Of a DNA stretch of 64,000 nucleotides, positions 37,657 through 48,148 are shown in pieces. Made by a program: the position numbers and the translations under genes. The stretch is from an uncultured Chitinophagales bacterium (GTDB taxonomy: Bacteria; Bacteroidota; Bacteroidia; Chitinophagales; CAZNGA01), in NCBI GenBank assembly GCA_964572485.1, contig CAZNGA010000001.1, positions 30,565 through 94,564 on the forward strand, in the 5' to 3' direction. The notes beneath the pieces were generated by a model. It did not search any database. It had not been told where the DNA came from and worked only from the letters and a program-made list of their open reading frames with translations. Position 1 is the stretch's first letter. Each line of letters starts with the position of its first letter.

Positions 37657-40600
37657 TTAGTTAGCAAGTGTAAACCTGATGTTAATACCAACGTTTGTAT
37701 TGGTTCTTCGATAAGATGCGGAAGTAGCAGGGATATTATCTTGCCTGTCATAGAATAATCTGATATTCAACCGATTATTTACCACATAATCTATAGATGG
37801 CGAAACCCTCACGGTCGTATTCCCACTCGTTGGTTCAGCAATATTCTGATCTAATACGTATTTGGTTGTTTTGTTATTAAGAATGGAAAAATCAACTACA
37901 ATATTCAGATCATTCTTCAATTTAGAGTTCTTGCCCCCAATCCCAAATGGAAGTTTGATCCCCTGAAGTCGATACCCGTAGCCAATGGTCAACTCATTTG
38001 TTTTAGATTCATTCAATTGATAATCTACAAAACTCACAGTGATCTTTCTCGACCTTCTGTATTCAATACGTGTACTCATTTTATTTTTCCAGGTAATATC
38101 GATACCCAAAAGCGGGGATAATTGTTCAGCGATTGAAATTCTATTTATTTCTCTCTTTGATTCATAATTTCCAGAAAGACTATCAATTTCTGAGGCACTC
38201 CCATTTATTTCTTCATAAAACACGTTATCAATATAGTTGTTGATATCAAGGGTAGATGTATAAGCATGGGTAATATTAATGTTTTGAACAACGTTCTCAA
38301 ATAGTTTTAATTTGCTTAGCCCATTATATGTAATTCGCCAATTTGGCTGGGGAGTCATTTTGAAAATATCATCTACGTTAATAGGAACTTCACTGATGCT
38401 TTTGCCGGAATAAGCTGCTAAAAAAGAGGGGATTAGAACATCCTGAGAGTATGGGCCATATCCATAATAGAATTTTTCACCGGTTATCGGTTCAGGAACA
38501 CTTACCAAATATGAATTTGGATTTTTTACCCCTACTCGCTTGGAGACCAGCCTTCTGTTTGCCTCATATTCCCTGAAAGCATCTGTTAGTCCGTCACCAT
38601 CTTTGTCAGGTTGGTCTAGAATTGTGTTAATAGCAATAAAAGAGATCCTAAAAGATCCTGAGCCCTGTCTATTCAAGCTGTTATATTCATAATTCGTTAC
38701 CTGAAAATATTCTGTAAGTCTTTGATTGTGTGATCTGGAAGCCGACAACTCAATGCGGAGATCATTCAACGGTTCAAGGGAAGCTTTGATATTCAGATCG
38801 CGTGAAAGGTTTTGAATTAGCTGATAGCTTAAATTTGAAGAGGTGACAAACATATCATGCTTTGCTTTATTTTGTAACCATTCATGATCGGGTTGATAAC
38901 CCACCAAAAACTCATACCCCGGCGCATAACTTCCACGATTCTCCATTCCAAAATAGTCAGTCTTAGGTTTATAGCCAGGCAATATCGTCCCCTTTCTTTC
39001 GGTATAATTTATTGAAACCTTTTTTACACTCAATAGTGGTTTAATGATGTATCCCCAAAGAGATTTCTTTTCTTCTGTTGACTTCTCCTCTTCAACCGCT
39101 TTACCGGGACCCCGTTTCTCTTTCGAGCTTCCCTTCAAAGCAGGAGATCGGCTTTTTCTCCCTCGAGGATCATTATATTTTTTCAGGAATCCCACCTTAT
39201 TGTACAGGGTTTTAAGATTCAGATCTCCATGGATCTGATTATTTTGAGTATTATTAATAATGTTTCCAATAGTATCTACACCCTTTCCCTGGAATGGAGA
39301 GCTTGTCCAATTGTATGAGGAAGAATAGGACGTTCTTAGTTGCGTCCAGTCAAGCCCGGGTACAGCTTTTAATGGAACATTATAATTGAGATTTATGGAA
39401 TGTGAATAATTGGTAGTCCTCCCAAGGGCCTTTATATTGCTAATAATACTATCTTTTTTTGCTTTAGTGTCAATAGGCCCCTCCGGTTCATCAATCCGTG
39501 ATTTATTGGTAGCAGAAAAGTCAAATTTCATGGACTTGGTCAGATTCCAATTAAGGCCATAAGTTCTATCCCACATAAATGATTTGTCATAGGTGGGCTC
39601 CATCGGCAGATCATCAGCATTTTTTCTACGCAGTAAGGTTCTGCCGAAATCACGATTCATTTCTGTTCTGAAAGAATATCCATTAGGTATCGGATTAAAA
39701 TTAAAGTTCTTTACCAAGGCGAGATGCTTTTTCCTTGTAGCGATCAGTTTATTGAAGGGGGTGATAAAGACAGGCACCCTCTGAAAATTGTAATTTAATC
39801 CGCCTTTGTAGCGTTTCACAACATCACTCTCGATTGTGGGGCTGCTATGTGATATTTCTGAGTAGGCATAGGTGACGGAGAAGTTGTCGACATTGTAAAA
39901 ACGTTTTTTCTTTCTTGGATTCAAACTTACCTTTCTTACGTTAGTAAAATTGATACTTTTAATGGTGGTAATGTTCTGAGTGATCTTTTTCACCGAATCC
40001 GGATTATTGGAAGCATTGATCCTGGTCTTTAACAAGACATCGGAATCATATGGGTCATATTTGGGTGTGGTGATCGCTTTTGAGTAGCTGGCGTATGTAG
40101 GAATACTCAATCCTGCCTTTTTGGGAAAGAACCTTCCCAATTCTAAATTGATGGCAGCATCGTACTGGTGGAAATTTTCAAGGCTTCTTTCACTGATGTT
40201 CTCTTCAAGCGAACCAAAACCTATTGTATACAAATTTCCTGATAAGGTGATCTTACCAAGGTCAGCAAGTTTTATATCTATCCTTCCCAGGGCTGCCCAC
40301 CCTCCTTTTTCCTCAAAGTCAGTAAGCCGGAGCTCATTGAACCATATTTCGGCACATTTGGGTTGTCCGTCATCACTTCCAAATCCTTCTGCCTTGGGGT
40401 TACGGATCCCCAGCATGACTACCTTGGCGACACCCAGATCGGGATTTCCAAGTACCGTGATCTTATTTCCTTTGCTATCATATACAACATATGGGTTGTT
40501 TGCTTGATAGTTGACATTTTTATTTCGTTTTGTCTTGGCATCAATGAGCTTTTGAATTTCAATATCGAGATTGTTGGTTTCGGGCCATACCGCATTTCTA

Positions 40601-43600
40601 TGCAGATCATTATTTGATTTATAATTACCAGGCGGGGTAATTTCCAACGGGATCTCGTATTCATAATAGTTACTCACAAAATCAGAACCTATACGTATAA
40701 ACGCCTTCAGGTCACCATCGTTGATATTACCAATATCTTCATCTGCTTCAGCATGAATGTACATTTTGAGCTTGTTAAAGTTCCTAAGATCTTTGTTCAG
40801 TATCTTATATACTGCCCTTGAATCTCCATCCTGAAGATTACATACTTTTACAGAAAGAGATTGTTCATTTTCAAAGTAGTTGGAAACCTGCCCGGGCACC
40901 TGCTCTCTTTGGATACCTGGAGGAAGAACATAATTTACGGGAGTACGCCCTGAGTTTTCTTCAACATTTACAGAGGAAACATCAAATACCGTAGTTCCTT
41001 CATTATCACTGGGAACATATTCACCGGGTGCCTGCATTGAAAATTGGTATCTTTTCCATTGATTTCTTATGAGTTCAAGTTTGGCAAATCTCAAAATGAT
41101 ATTTTCCTGAAATCCATTCAGGAATAATCTGATAAAACGAATGGATCTGAAGTCGCTTATATTTCCGGTTCTGCTGGCATATGCATTAATGGGGATCCTA
41201 AATTGATACCAGGTCACTTCTTCTGAAGCCCCATTTTCTAGAGAAACAGTTGACACTTGCTTATCAACAATATAGCCTTTACCGGTTTCCAGATCAGCTT
41301 TGGTAAGTCGTATGTTGTATTGGTAATATTGTTCAGCTTCTGTTAAAGTATTATCCTTATTAAGATCCTCAGAATCAGGGCTAGACTTAGCAACAGTAGT
41401 AGTGCCTAATGAATTTCCCTGGGAGTTGTTATAGCTTTTATATCTTTCGGTAATAGGGGTGTTCTTATTGAATCCATCATCCTGATAATACACATAATTA
41501 TCGGAAGAGGGATCGCTTAATGCATCAGAATAAGCAGCTGCATCCACATTGCTCTTTAGACTGGACAGATACTCGCTAAAATGCGATTGCTCACCTGCAT
41601 CATTGAAACCATCCAATCCAACATCTTGAGCAGTTCTGATCGCATTGTCATTATCAAAAGCATCTACAATTGGTTGGGTTACTGGCACTCTGGCCCATTT
41701 TGTAGTATCAACGTTTGCATCGCTGTTTGGTTTTGGCAATCCATTTTCAAAGAACTTCTTTGAATCCCGAAGAATATCCTCAGAAATATTTCCAAGCTGG
41801 ATATACATTTCACCCCCTGTTTTGGATGGTGTACCATTGGGTGTATTGATAAAAGGGTCTAACAGCCAAAATTCAATAAATTCAATATTTGCGGCTTCGA
41901 AATCAGTAGTGGTAAGTTTACGCATAATACCTCCCCAGCGTTTGGAGGGGTTGAGCAATGATCCGTTTGTGTTGACATCTGTGAAATCGTAGTTATAAGG
42001 TCCACGCTCTTCAGGGTAAAATGCGACATCAAAGGTGGCAATTGTAGCATTTATTTGATCCCTGTTTTCCTTATTTGGGAACACCTCCTTTTCAAGTATC
42101 TCCCTTACATAGTGGTTTGATTGTACTTCATCAGAAATATCAGGAGCACCCGATACATCTCTCAGGAAAATATTGTCAACACTATACCAGCAGATCCTTG
42201 CCCTATTATATCCATAGGGGAGACTGTCGATCAACTCTGCTTCAGGAAAAAGAATAGTGCCATCTCTTGCTTTAGCCTTTTGGGGAGTACTGGCCAGTAC
42301 CCAATCAAGGTATGGCAATTCCAATCGGTAACTAATTTCGGTTCCTTCAAAGTGATCCAAATACGCCACCCCTTTCTCATCATTTTCTTTATTATTGATG
42401 GCCTTGGAGTGGCCTGGTTCCAGCTTTGCAAATTCTCCGGTAACTGTAATAGCTGATGGTTCCTTTGAAGAGATGAGTGGGATCTTATTCACTTGCTTGG
42501 TTAACCAGTCGGATTCGGTATGATAGTTAAAGTCAAGGCCCCAAATAGAGTTTGAAATCGGCTCATCACCCAAGTTTACCTTATTGGTAAATGGCCTTTC
42601 CGAAAGATGCAGGAAGGTGCCCCCTAATGTAAAATCATCAGAGATCCAATAATCCAGGCGGGTACCAAAGAGAGATTTTGTCTGGATGCCAAAAAGTGCC
42701 TTATCTTCGAAAGATACCTTTACAGGTATTCCTGAATTCAAATAGGCCTCATTGATTATTTTCACCCTACCCAAAGAGTAATCCACGATATAGTCATTAC
42801 CCTCAGAGAGTTGTTGGCCCCCTGCAGTTAACTTAACCGATCCCGGGGAAATATTGAATCCAAGGGATATTTCAGAGGAAACACTAGATTTATACGACCC
42901 CTGAAGGGTATACCTATTCAACTCCGGGAATTGTTCCGCAATGGTGATCGTTGAATCATACAGTTGGCTGTACACATATTTATCTGCTATTTTCTTTTCA
43001 TTGGCGTTGGCAGTGTCAAACTTTGACATCAGGTAACTGCCAAAAGGTTCCACAACCGGAAAGATCACCCTACCATTTGATGGGCTGATCGTTATTCCGC
43101 TAACGTAGTCAAAGACACCATCAGGCATGGCATCTTGCTGGGAATTGAGACGGTCAAGATTCAGCAATCGGATCAATGGTATTCCTTTTACTCCTGCCCC
43201 CTCCGGAATATATCTTCGCTCTCCACCTCCGGGATCTGTGTAATTGACGTCCAATTGAAAATCTTCACTGTTGACTTGATAGGCTCCCAGGGAATAGATG
43301 TTTTTCATCATCAAATCCCAAATTGGATATTTGGTATTAGCGGAAGAACTTTTTAGCATTTTTACAAAAATAACGCTGGAACTATTCTCTCCCGGAAGCA
43401 CATCTTCAGAAAATTCACCTACCGTAAATACCTCTCCTGTTGTGGTGACATATTGAAAGGCCACAGCTAAAACCTCTTCAGGGTTTAGGGATTGATTCAA
43501 TGAAATATAACCCAATGACCGTTGCTGTTGGTTAAAAGTGTATTCAGATTCTGAGAGCCTTCTGGCATAGATCTTTTCAAAATCCCGAGGCGTTTCAAGA

Positions 43601-44889
43601 GAAATTTTAAAGGAAGGATCTAAAAGAGTTTGGATGATGGTATTGTTATTTCTTTTTGTTGGATCTTCTGGTTTTAATTCTTTATAAAGGTTGTTGGCAT
43701 CATTGTGAGGTTGAATTCCGGCACCATCTGTAATAGTTGGATTATAAATATTTGTATCCAGCCCTTCGCCAAGGTCCATGAAGGCCACAATATTTCTTGT
43801 ATTCTCAGTAGCTCCCGAGAAATTGGTCACCCATACCTCGATCCTATTGATACTGATCGGCGAATTTATGATCGGCAAATTTTTAAGTGCTTTATCATAA
43901 TTATCTCTAAAGAATTGACTTAAAAAGAAATGTCGGTTGGCATCATATTGATTGGCCTCAATGTTAAAGGTCTCAGTTTGGGCGCCACCCTGAATTTCTA
44001 TTTCTTTGACTTCCCCCTTCTGTTGAGTAAAGATGCTGGTTACAGATAATCTCCCAAATTGCAATTCGGTTTTAATACCAAATAGACTTTGGCTACCCGT
44101 GATCAAGGTGCCTCTTAAGGGAAGACTCACATTTCCGGCCTCTATCTTCTGAATGATCTCATCTTCAAATCCGGTATATTCCAATTTGAATTGATTTTCA
44201 AAATCGAAGGTAGCTTGCGTATTGTAATTTGTTGTTACTTTCAATTTTTCACCGATCTTACCCACAACATTCATCTGTATGTTCATGTCAAAGTCAAAAC
44301 CACCAGTTCTTTTTTGCTTCTCAGAGAGCAGAGGATTGTCATATCTTGTAAATTGCCCCCCAAATGTCAGGTTAATAGTTCCCTGAGGCTTGATGTCAAC
44401 AGTACTTCCGCCAAAGATCCTGTCAAGAATATTGCTTTTTACATGTAATTTAGGAACGATCCCTTTTCTCTCAAGGCGGCTTTCCGTTCTGGCGCGTTGC
44501 TTCCAGTATTCATTTTGTGAATTGCCGAATTCCTGTTTGAGAAACTCTTCAAATGATAGGTAATTGGGGTTGCGATAATAGTCTTCTCCAATGGTTTCTG
44601 TGATGATGAACTCATTGGTCAATGGGTCATAATCAACATCTTGCTCAATGACATCAGGGTCTTCAAGATTAAAGGGATTGTTTTCCTCATCAGTTATGAA
44701 GTCACCCTTCCTATCCCTTATTGGATACTTAAGTATCAAACTATCCTTATTGGTGGAATCCTCAGGATAATTCCAGCTATCTAACGCATGGAAGGGCATA
44801 ATTATCCCCCCCCTGCCAATAGCACCAAAAAAGGTTAGAATCAATAAAGAGGGAAGAATTAATTGTAATATGAATTTTCTCCCGTTCAC
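37657..44889 (-). CDS. sprA: SprA, the giant outer-membrane beta-barrel translocon of the type IX secretion system
   Basis: 2410 aa with a signal or anchor N-terminus. Size, composition and beta-barrel-like alternating pattern fit SprA, as does the ruvA-sprA-gcvH neighbourhood common in Bacteroidota. gldD/gldE and a CTD cargo gene are in the same window. Confidence 0.88.
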   Translation of the reverse strand: MNGRKFILQLILPSLLILTFFGAIGRGGIIMPFHALDSWNYPEDSTNKDSLILKYPIRDRKGDFITDEENNPFNLEDPDVIEQDVDYDPLTNEFIITETIGEDYYRNPNYLSFEEFLKQEFGNSQNEYWKQRARTESRLERKGIVPKLHVKSNILDRIFGGSTVDIKPQGTINLTFGGQFTRYDNPLLSEKQKRTGGFDFDMNIQMNVVGKIGEKLKVTTNYNTQATFDFENQFKLEYTGFEDEIIQKIEAGNVSLPLRGTLITGSQSLFGIKTELQFGRLSVTSIFTQQKGEVKEIEIQGGAQTETFNIEANQYDANRHFFLSQFFRDNYDKALKNLPIINSPISINRIEVWVTNFSGATENTRNIVAFMDLGEGLDTNIYNPTITDGAGIQPHNDANNLYKELKPEDPTKRNNNTIIQTLLDPSFKISLETPRDFEKIYARRLSESEYTFNQQQRSLGYISLNQSLNPEEVLAVAFQYVTTTGEVFTVGEFSEDVLPGENSSSVIFVKMLKSSSANTKYPIWDLMMKNIYSLGAYQVNSEDFQLDVNYTDPGGGERRYIPEGAGVKGIPLIRLLNLDRLNSQQDAMPDGVFDYVSGITISPSNGRVIFPVVEPFGSYLMSKFDTANANEKKIADKYVYSQLYDSTITIAEQFPELNRYTLQGSYKSSVSSEISLGFNISPGSVKLTAGGQQLSEGNDYIVDYSLGRVKIINEAYLNSGIPVKVSFEDKALFGIQTKSLFGTRLDYWISDDFTLGGTFLHLSERPFTNKVNLGDEPISNSIWGLDFNYHTESDWLTKQVNKIPLISSKEPSAITVTGEFAKLEPGHSKAINNKENDEKGVAYLDHFEGTEISYRLELPYLDWVLASTPQKAKARDGTILFPEAELIDSLPYGYNRARICWYSVDNIFLRDVSGAPDISDEVQSNHYVREILEKEVFPNKENRDQINATIATFDVAFYPEERGPYNYDFTDVNTNGSLLNPSKRWGGIMRKLTTTDFEAANIEFIEFWLLDPFINTPNGTPSKTGGEMYIQLGNISEDILRDSKKFFENGLPKPNSDANVDTTKWARVPVTQPIVDAFDNDNAIRTAQDVGLDGFNDAGEQSHFSEYLSSLKSNVDAAAYSDALSDPSSDNYVYYQDDGFNKNTPITERYKSYNNSQGNSLGTTTVAKSSPDSEDLNKDNTLTEAEQYYQYNIRLTKADLETGKGYIVDKQVSTVSLENGASEEVTWYQFRIPINAYASRTGNISDFRSIRFIRLFLNGFQENIILRFAKLELIRNQWKRYQFSMQAPGEYVPSDNEGTTVFDVSSVNVEENSGRTPVNYVLPPGIQREQVPGQVSNYFENEQSLSVKVCNLQDGDSRAVYKILNKDLRNFNKLKMYIHAEADEDIGNINDGDLKAFIRIGSDFVSNYYEYEIPLEITPPGNYKSNNDLHRNAVWPETNNLDIEIQKLIDAKTKRNKNVNYQANNPYVVYDSKGNKITVLGNPDLGVAKVVMLGIRNPKAEGFGSDDGQPKCAEIWFNELRLTDFEEKGGWAALGRIDIKLADLGKITLSGNLYTIGFGSLEENISERSLENFHQYDAAINLELGRFFPKKAGLSIPTYASYSKAITTPKYDPYDSDVLLKTRINASNNPDSVKKITQNITTIKSINFTNVRKVSLNPRKKKRFYNVDNFSVTYAYSEISHSSPTIESDVVKRYKGGLNYNFQRVPVFITPFNKLIATRKKHLALVKNFNFNPIPNGYSFRTEMNRDFGRTLLRRKNADDLPMEPTYDKSFMWDRTYGLNWNLTKSMKFDFSATNKSRIDEPEGPIDTKAKKDSIISNIKALGRTTNYSHSINLNYNVPLKAVPGLDWTQLRTSYSSSYNWTSSPFQGKGVDTIGNIINNTQNNQIHGDLNLKTLYNKVGFLKKYNDPRGRKSRSPALKGSSKEKRGPGKAVEEEKSTEEKKSLWGYIIKPLLSVKKVSINYTERKGTILPGYKPKTDYFGMENRGSYAPGYEFLVGYQPDHEWLQNKAKHDMFVTSSNLSYQLIQNLSRDLNIKASLEPLNDLRIELSASRSHNQRLTEYFQVTNYEYNSLNRQGSGSFRISFIAINTILDQPDKDGDGLTDAFREYEANRRLVSKRVGVKNPNSYLVSVPEPITGEKFYYGYGPYSQDVLIPSFLAAYSGKSISEVPINVDDIFKMTPQPNWRITYNGLSKLKLFENVVQNINITHAYTSTLDINNYIDNVFYEEINGSASEIDSLSGNYESKREINRISIAEQLSPLLGIDITWKNKMSTRIEYRRSRKITVSFVDYQLNESKTNELTIGYGYRLQGIKLPFGIGGKNSKLKNDLNIVVDFSILNNKTTKYVLDQNIAEPTSGNTTVRVSPSIDYVVNNRLNIRLFYDRQDNIPATSASYRRTNTNVGINIRFTLAN

Positions 44890-44908
44890 AATACTCTGCC
44901 TGACAGAT

Positions 44909-45493
44909 TTACATGTTTTTTAAGGCCTGTTTTAATATGTTTTCAACGTTCATGTCATTCACCTCGTTTTTCATCACTTTTATTACTGCCTTTTCAGCAA
45001 TTAGCTTTGAAAAACCCAATTTTACTAAAGCAGATAACGCTTCTTCCTTCAAAGTATTGTATGAAGTGGTCGAAATCGAAGAGTGGTCAGTTCCTTGTCC
45101 GACCTTATCTTTTAATTCAAGAATTAATCTTTTAGCGGATTTTGGCCCAATTCCTTTAATACTCTCTATTTGAGCCACGTTCTCTTCAAGAATTGCATGT
45201 TGCAGCTCTTCTGGGGTCATTGAGGATAAAATCATCCTCGCCGTATTTGGACCGATACCGGAAACGGAAATGAGTTGTGTAAAGCGTTGTTTTTCTGATT
45301 CTTCTGAAAATCCATATAAAGCATGCAAGTCTTCCTTTACATAAAAGTAGGTGTATAACTTGCATTGCTCAAGGTCTTGAATGTGAGAATAGGTGTTCAA
45401 ACTGATGCTGATGTCGTAACCTATTCCGTTGCTCTCTAAGATGACAAAGGTGGGGGACTTATAGGTTAGTTTTCCTGTAATGTATGCAAACAT
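44909..45493 (-). CDS. ruvA: Holliday junction branch migration protein RuvA
   Basis: MFAYITGKL N-terminus (OB fold) and two HhH motifs (VSGIGPNTARMIL, IKGIGPKSAKRLI). Confidence 0.95.
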   Translation of the reverse strand: MFAYITGKLTYKSPTFVILESNGIGYDISISLNTYSHIQDLEQCKLYTYFYVKEDLHALYGFSEESEKQRFTQLISVSGIGPNTARMILSSMTPEELQHAILEENVAQIESIKGIGPKSAKRLILELKDKVGQGTDHSSISTTSYNTLKEEALSALVKLGFSKLIAEKAVIKVMKNEVNDMNVENILKQALKNM

Positions 45494-45562
45494 TCTTTCT
45501 GATAAATAAATTTAAGTCAAATTTGATGGGATATTCCTACCTGTCATTTTCGGGGCCACTTT

Positions 45563-45592
45563 TATTATTGATTCAGCTATTATTGATTCAGC
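45563..45592. repeat. Perfect 15-bp tandem duplication in the ruvA/amidohydrolase divergent intergenic region
   Basis: TATTATTGATTCAGC occurs twice back to back (45563-45577 and 45578-45592). Confidence 0.95.
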
Positions 45593-45742
45593 GCCAACTA
45601 TAGAGTTCAACGGTGTGCTAATTTACAAAAATTAGCTTAGTAGAATAGCATTGTGCCATTATTGTATCACCATAGTTAGATGGAGGACTATTGCAATGGT
45701 CATTTTAACTTTATTTTAAAGGGTTGTATCTTGGGCAAAATA

Positions 45743-46936
45743 ATGAATCAAGTGCGAAACATAAGTGGGGACTATTTATATACCATGACCGGGCCGCCTT
45801 TGGCCAATGGTGTAATTATGGTGGATAGTGGTGGTAAAATAATCGACATAGCAGATCGCAGTGATTTCTCTCCGGATACATTAGAGATCTATAAGGGGAT
45901 CCTTTGCCCGGGCTTTATTAATACACATTGTCATTTGGAATTGTCTTTTTTAAAAGATCGAGTTCAAAGGGAGACCGGCTTGCCTGAATTCCTTACCCGC
46001 ATAAAGAGTATGGATGATGATATGAGTGAGGAGCTGAAGTTGGATGGTATTGCTGCCGGTGAGGAGGAAATGGTCGTCAATGGCATTGTGGGTACAGGTG
46101 ATATTTCTAACACTACACTATCATTTTTACAAAAATCGAAAGGGAACATGCGGTATCATACCTTTGTAGAATTATTTGATGTGATACCCTCAGCCACAAA
46201 TGACACCTTTACTAAGGGGATCGAGGTGTATGATGGTGTGCCCCAAATAGATGGAAATTCAAGATCACTATCTCCTCATGCTTCTTATACGACCACTCCG
46301 AATTTGTTGAAAAAGATCAATGAATTCAATGAGTCTAGATGTGAAACCCTAAGTATGCATATGCAAGAGAACAGTGACGAGGACAGATTATTTCTTGAAA
46401 AGAAAGGGGTCTGGGTAGATAGTTTTCAAAAATGGGGTATTGACCTGTCATGGTTTGATCCTACAAATAAGAGTGCCCTTGTATCGTGTATGGGATATTT
46501 GAGTGGAGAACACAAAATGGTAAGTGTGCACAATACTTTTACAAAAGAGGCAGATATAAAATGGGCCCATGAGCATTTTAATAATTTCTACTGGTGTACC
46601 TGCCCCAATGCGAATCTGTATATTGAAAGCGCTCTTCCGGATTATCAAATGTTCATCGATGAAGATTGTAAATGCACGGTCGGAACAGATAGCCTGGCAT
46701 CGAATTCTAACCTATCGATATTGGAGGAGCTCAAAACAATATCAAAGAGTGCTCCATATATATCTTTGAACACTTTGCTAACATGGGCTACCATAAATGG
46801 GGCGGAGGCTCTTGGATTTAACAAAGAAATGGGAAGTATCGAAAAGGGGAAAACACCGGGTGTAAATCTGTTGGAAAATATAGACACTGAAGGCCTCAAA
46901 ATTGGACCAACCACCCAGGTACGAAAATTGTGCTGA
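45743..46936 (+). CDS. Metal-dependent amidohydrolase-superfamily protein (chlorohydrolase/deaminase-like)
   Basis: Start chosen at MNQVRN. GFINTHCHLELS HxH metal motif, and a later VGTDSLASN Asp-containing strand. Confidence 0.78.
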   Translation: MNQVRNISGDYLYTMTGPPLANGVIMVDSGGKIIDIADRSDFSPDTLEIYKGILCPGFINTHCHLELSFLKDRVQRETGLPEFLTRIKSMDDDMSEELKLDGIAAGEEEMVVNGIVGTGDISNTTLSFLQKSKGNMRYHTFVELFDVIPSATNDTFTKGIEVYDGVPQIDGNSRSLSPHASYTTTPNLLKKINEFNESRCETLSMHMQENSDEDRLFLEKKGVWVDSFQKWGIDLSWFDPTNKSALVSCMGYLSGEHKMVSVHNTFTKEADIKWAHEHFNNFYWCTCPNANLYIESALPDYQMFIDEDCKCTVGTDSLASNSNLSILEELKTISKSAPYISLNTLLTWATINGAEALGFNKEMGSIEKGKTPGVNLLENIDTEGLKIGPTTQVRKLC

Positions 46937-47000
46937 AAACCCAAGAACCAAGCTCAGGACTATCCCTCAACCCTTTTGATACCATTGATTTTTGTTAAAT

Positions 47001-47032
47001 TTTGTTAAATCTGATAGAAATCAATAATTTTG
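47001..47032 (+). promoter_or_regulatory. Candidate Bacteroidota sigma-A promoter for the MoxR/Bat operon
   Basis: TTTG (47001-47004), a 20-nt spacer, then TAATTTTG (47025-47032). This matches the published TTTG / TAnnTTTG -33/-7 consensus, about 50 nt upstream of the moxR start. Confidence 0.45.
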
Positions 47033-47081
47033 CATGATTTTTGATACTAAATACAACAAATAATTCACTAAAAAATAGTAT

Positions 47082-48098
47082 ATGGAAAACAAGGGAGCTG
47101 CTACAATGCAAAGTTCTGAGATTCAGGAGCTTAATGAGAAGATCAATAAGGAGAGCGCATTCATTGATGGCCTCAACAGCGAGATCAGTAAAACAATTAT
47201 TGGTCAGAAATATATGATAGAGAGGCTACTCATTGGAGTGCTATCCAAAGGTCATATTTTACTCGAAGGGGTACCCGGCCTGGCAAAGACGTTGGCAATA
47301 AAGTCACTGGCATCAGCTATTGACGCCAAGTTCTCGAGAATACAATTTACTCCCGATCTGTTACCCGCCGACTTGGTGGGAACGATGATCTACAATCAGC
47401 AGGAGAATAAATTTGCTGTGAAGAAGGGGCCAATATTTACAAATTTTGTCTTGGCAGATGAGATCAACAGAGCCCCTGCTAAGGTACAAAGCGCGCTGTT
47501 GGAAGCCATGCAGGAAAAGCAGGTGACCATTGGAGAGGAGACCTTTATTCTAGATGAGCCCTTTTTAGTAATGGCCACTCAAAATCCAATTGAGCAGGAG
47601 GGGACCTACCCACTTCCGGAGGCACAAATTGATAGATTTATGTTAAAGGTGGTTATTGATTATCCAAACAAGGAAGAAGAAAAGGAAATTGTCCGTTTGA
47701 ACATTGCAGATATATATCCGAAGATCAAAAAGATCGTTAAACCGAAAGACATCATAAAGGCAAGAGAGACCCTGAACATGGTGTATATGGATGAAAAGAT
47801 CGAGAATTACATTTTGGATATTGTTTTTGCCACACGGAACCCTGAGCAATATCAATTGGAACAACTTAAGCCGTTGATAAACTATGGTGGATCGCCCAGA
47901 GCCAGTATCTATTTGGCATTGGCGGCCAAGTCCTATGCTTTTATAAAACGCAGAGGATATGTGATCCCTGAAGATGTAAGAGCGATCTGTTATGATGTGT
48001 TACGTCATAGAGTTGGGCTTACCTATGAAGCAGAAGCTGAGAATATTACACAGGAAGATATCATTAGCGATATCTTAAATAAGGTCGAAGTTCCCTGA
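47082..48098 (+). CDS. MoxR-family AAA+ ATPase
   Basis: Walker A GVPGLAKT, Walker B VLADEINRA, and QNPIEQEGTYPLPEAQIDRF. Confidence 0.92.
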   Translation: MENKGAATMQSSEIQELNEKINKESAFIDGLNSEISKTIIGQKYMIERLLIGVLSKGHILLEGVPGLAKTLAIKSLASAIDAKFSRIQFTPDLLPADLVGTMIYNQQENKFAVKKGPIFTNFVLADEINRAPAKVQSALLEAMQEKQVTIGEETFILDEPFLVMATQNPIEQEGTYPLPEAQIDRFMLKVVIDYPNKEEEKEIVRLNIADIYPKIKKIVKPKDIIKARETLNMVYMDEKIENYILDIVFATRNPEQYQLEQLKPLINYGGSPRASIYLALAAKSYAFIKRRGYVIPEDVRAICYDVLRHRVGLTYEAEAENITQEDIISDILNKVEVP

Positions 48099-48148
48099 TC
48101 TATAAAGAATGGCTGATCATAATCTTATCTAATTGATCCTGAATATCC

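Noticed and set aside
45680-45742. N-terminal extension of the amidohydrolase ORF (MEDYCNGHFNFILKGCILGKI)
   Set aside because: The downstream Met (MNQVRN) gives a typical amidohydrolase N-terminus. The extension lies in the divergent promoter region, so I annotated the shorter form. This remains unverified.
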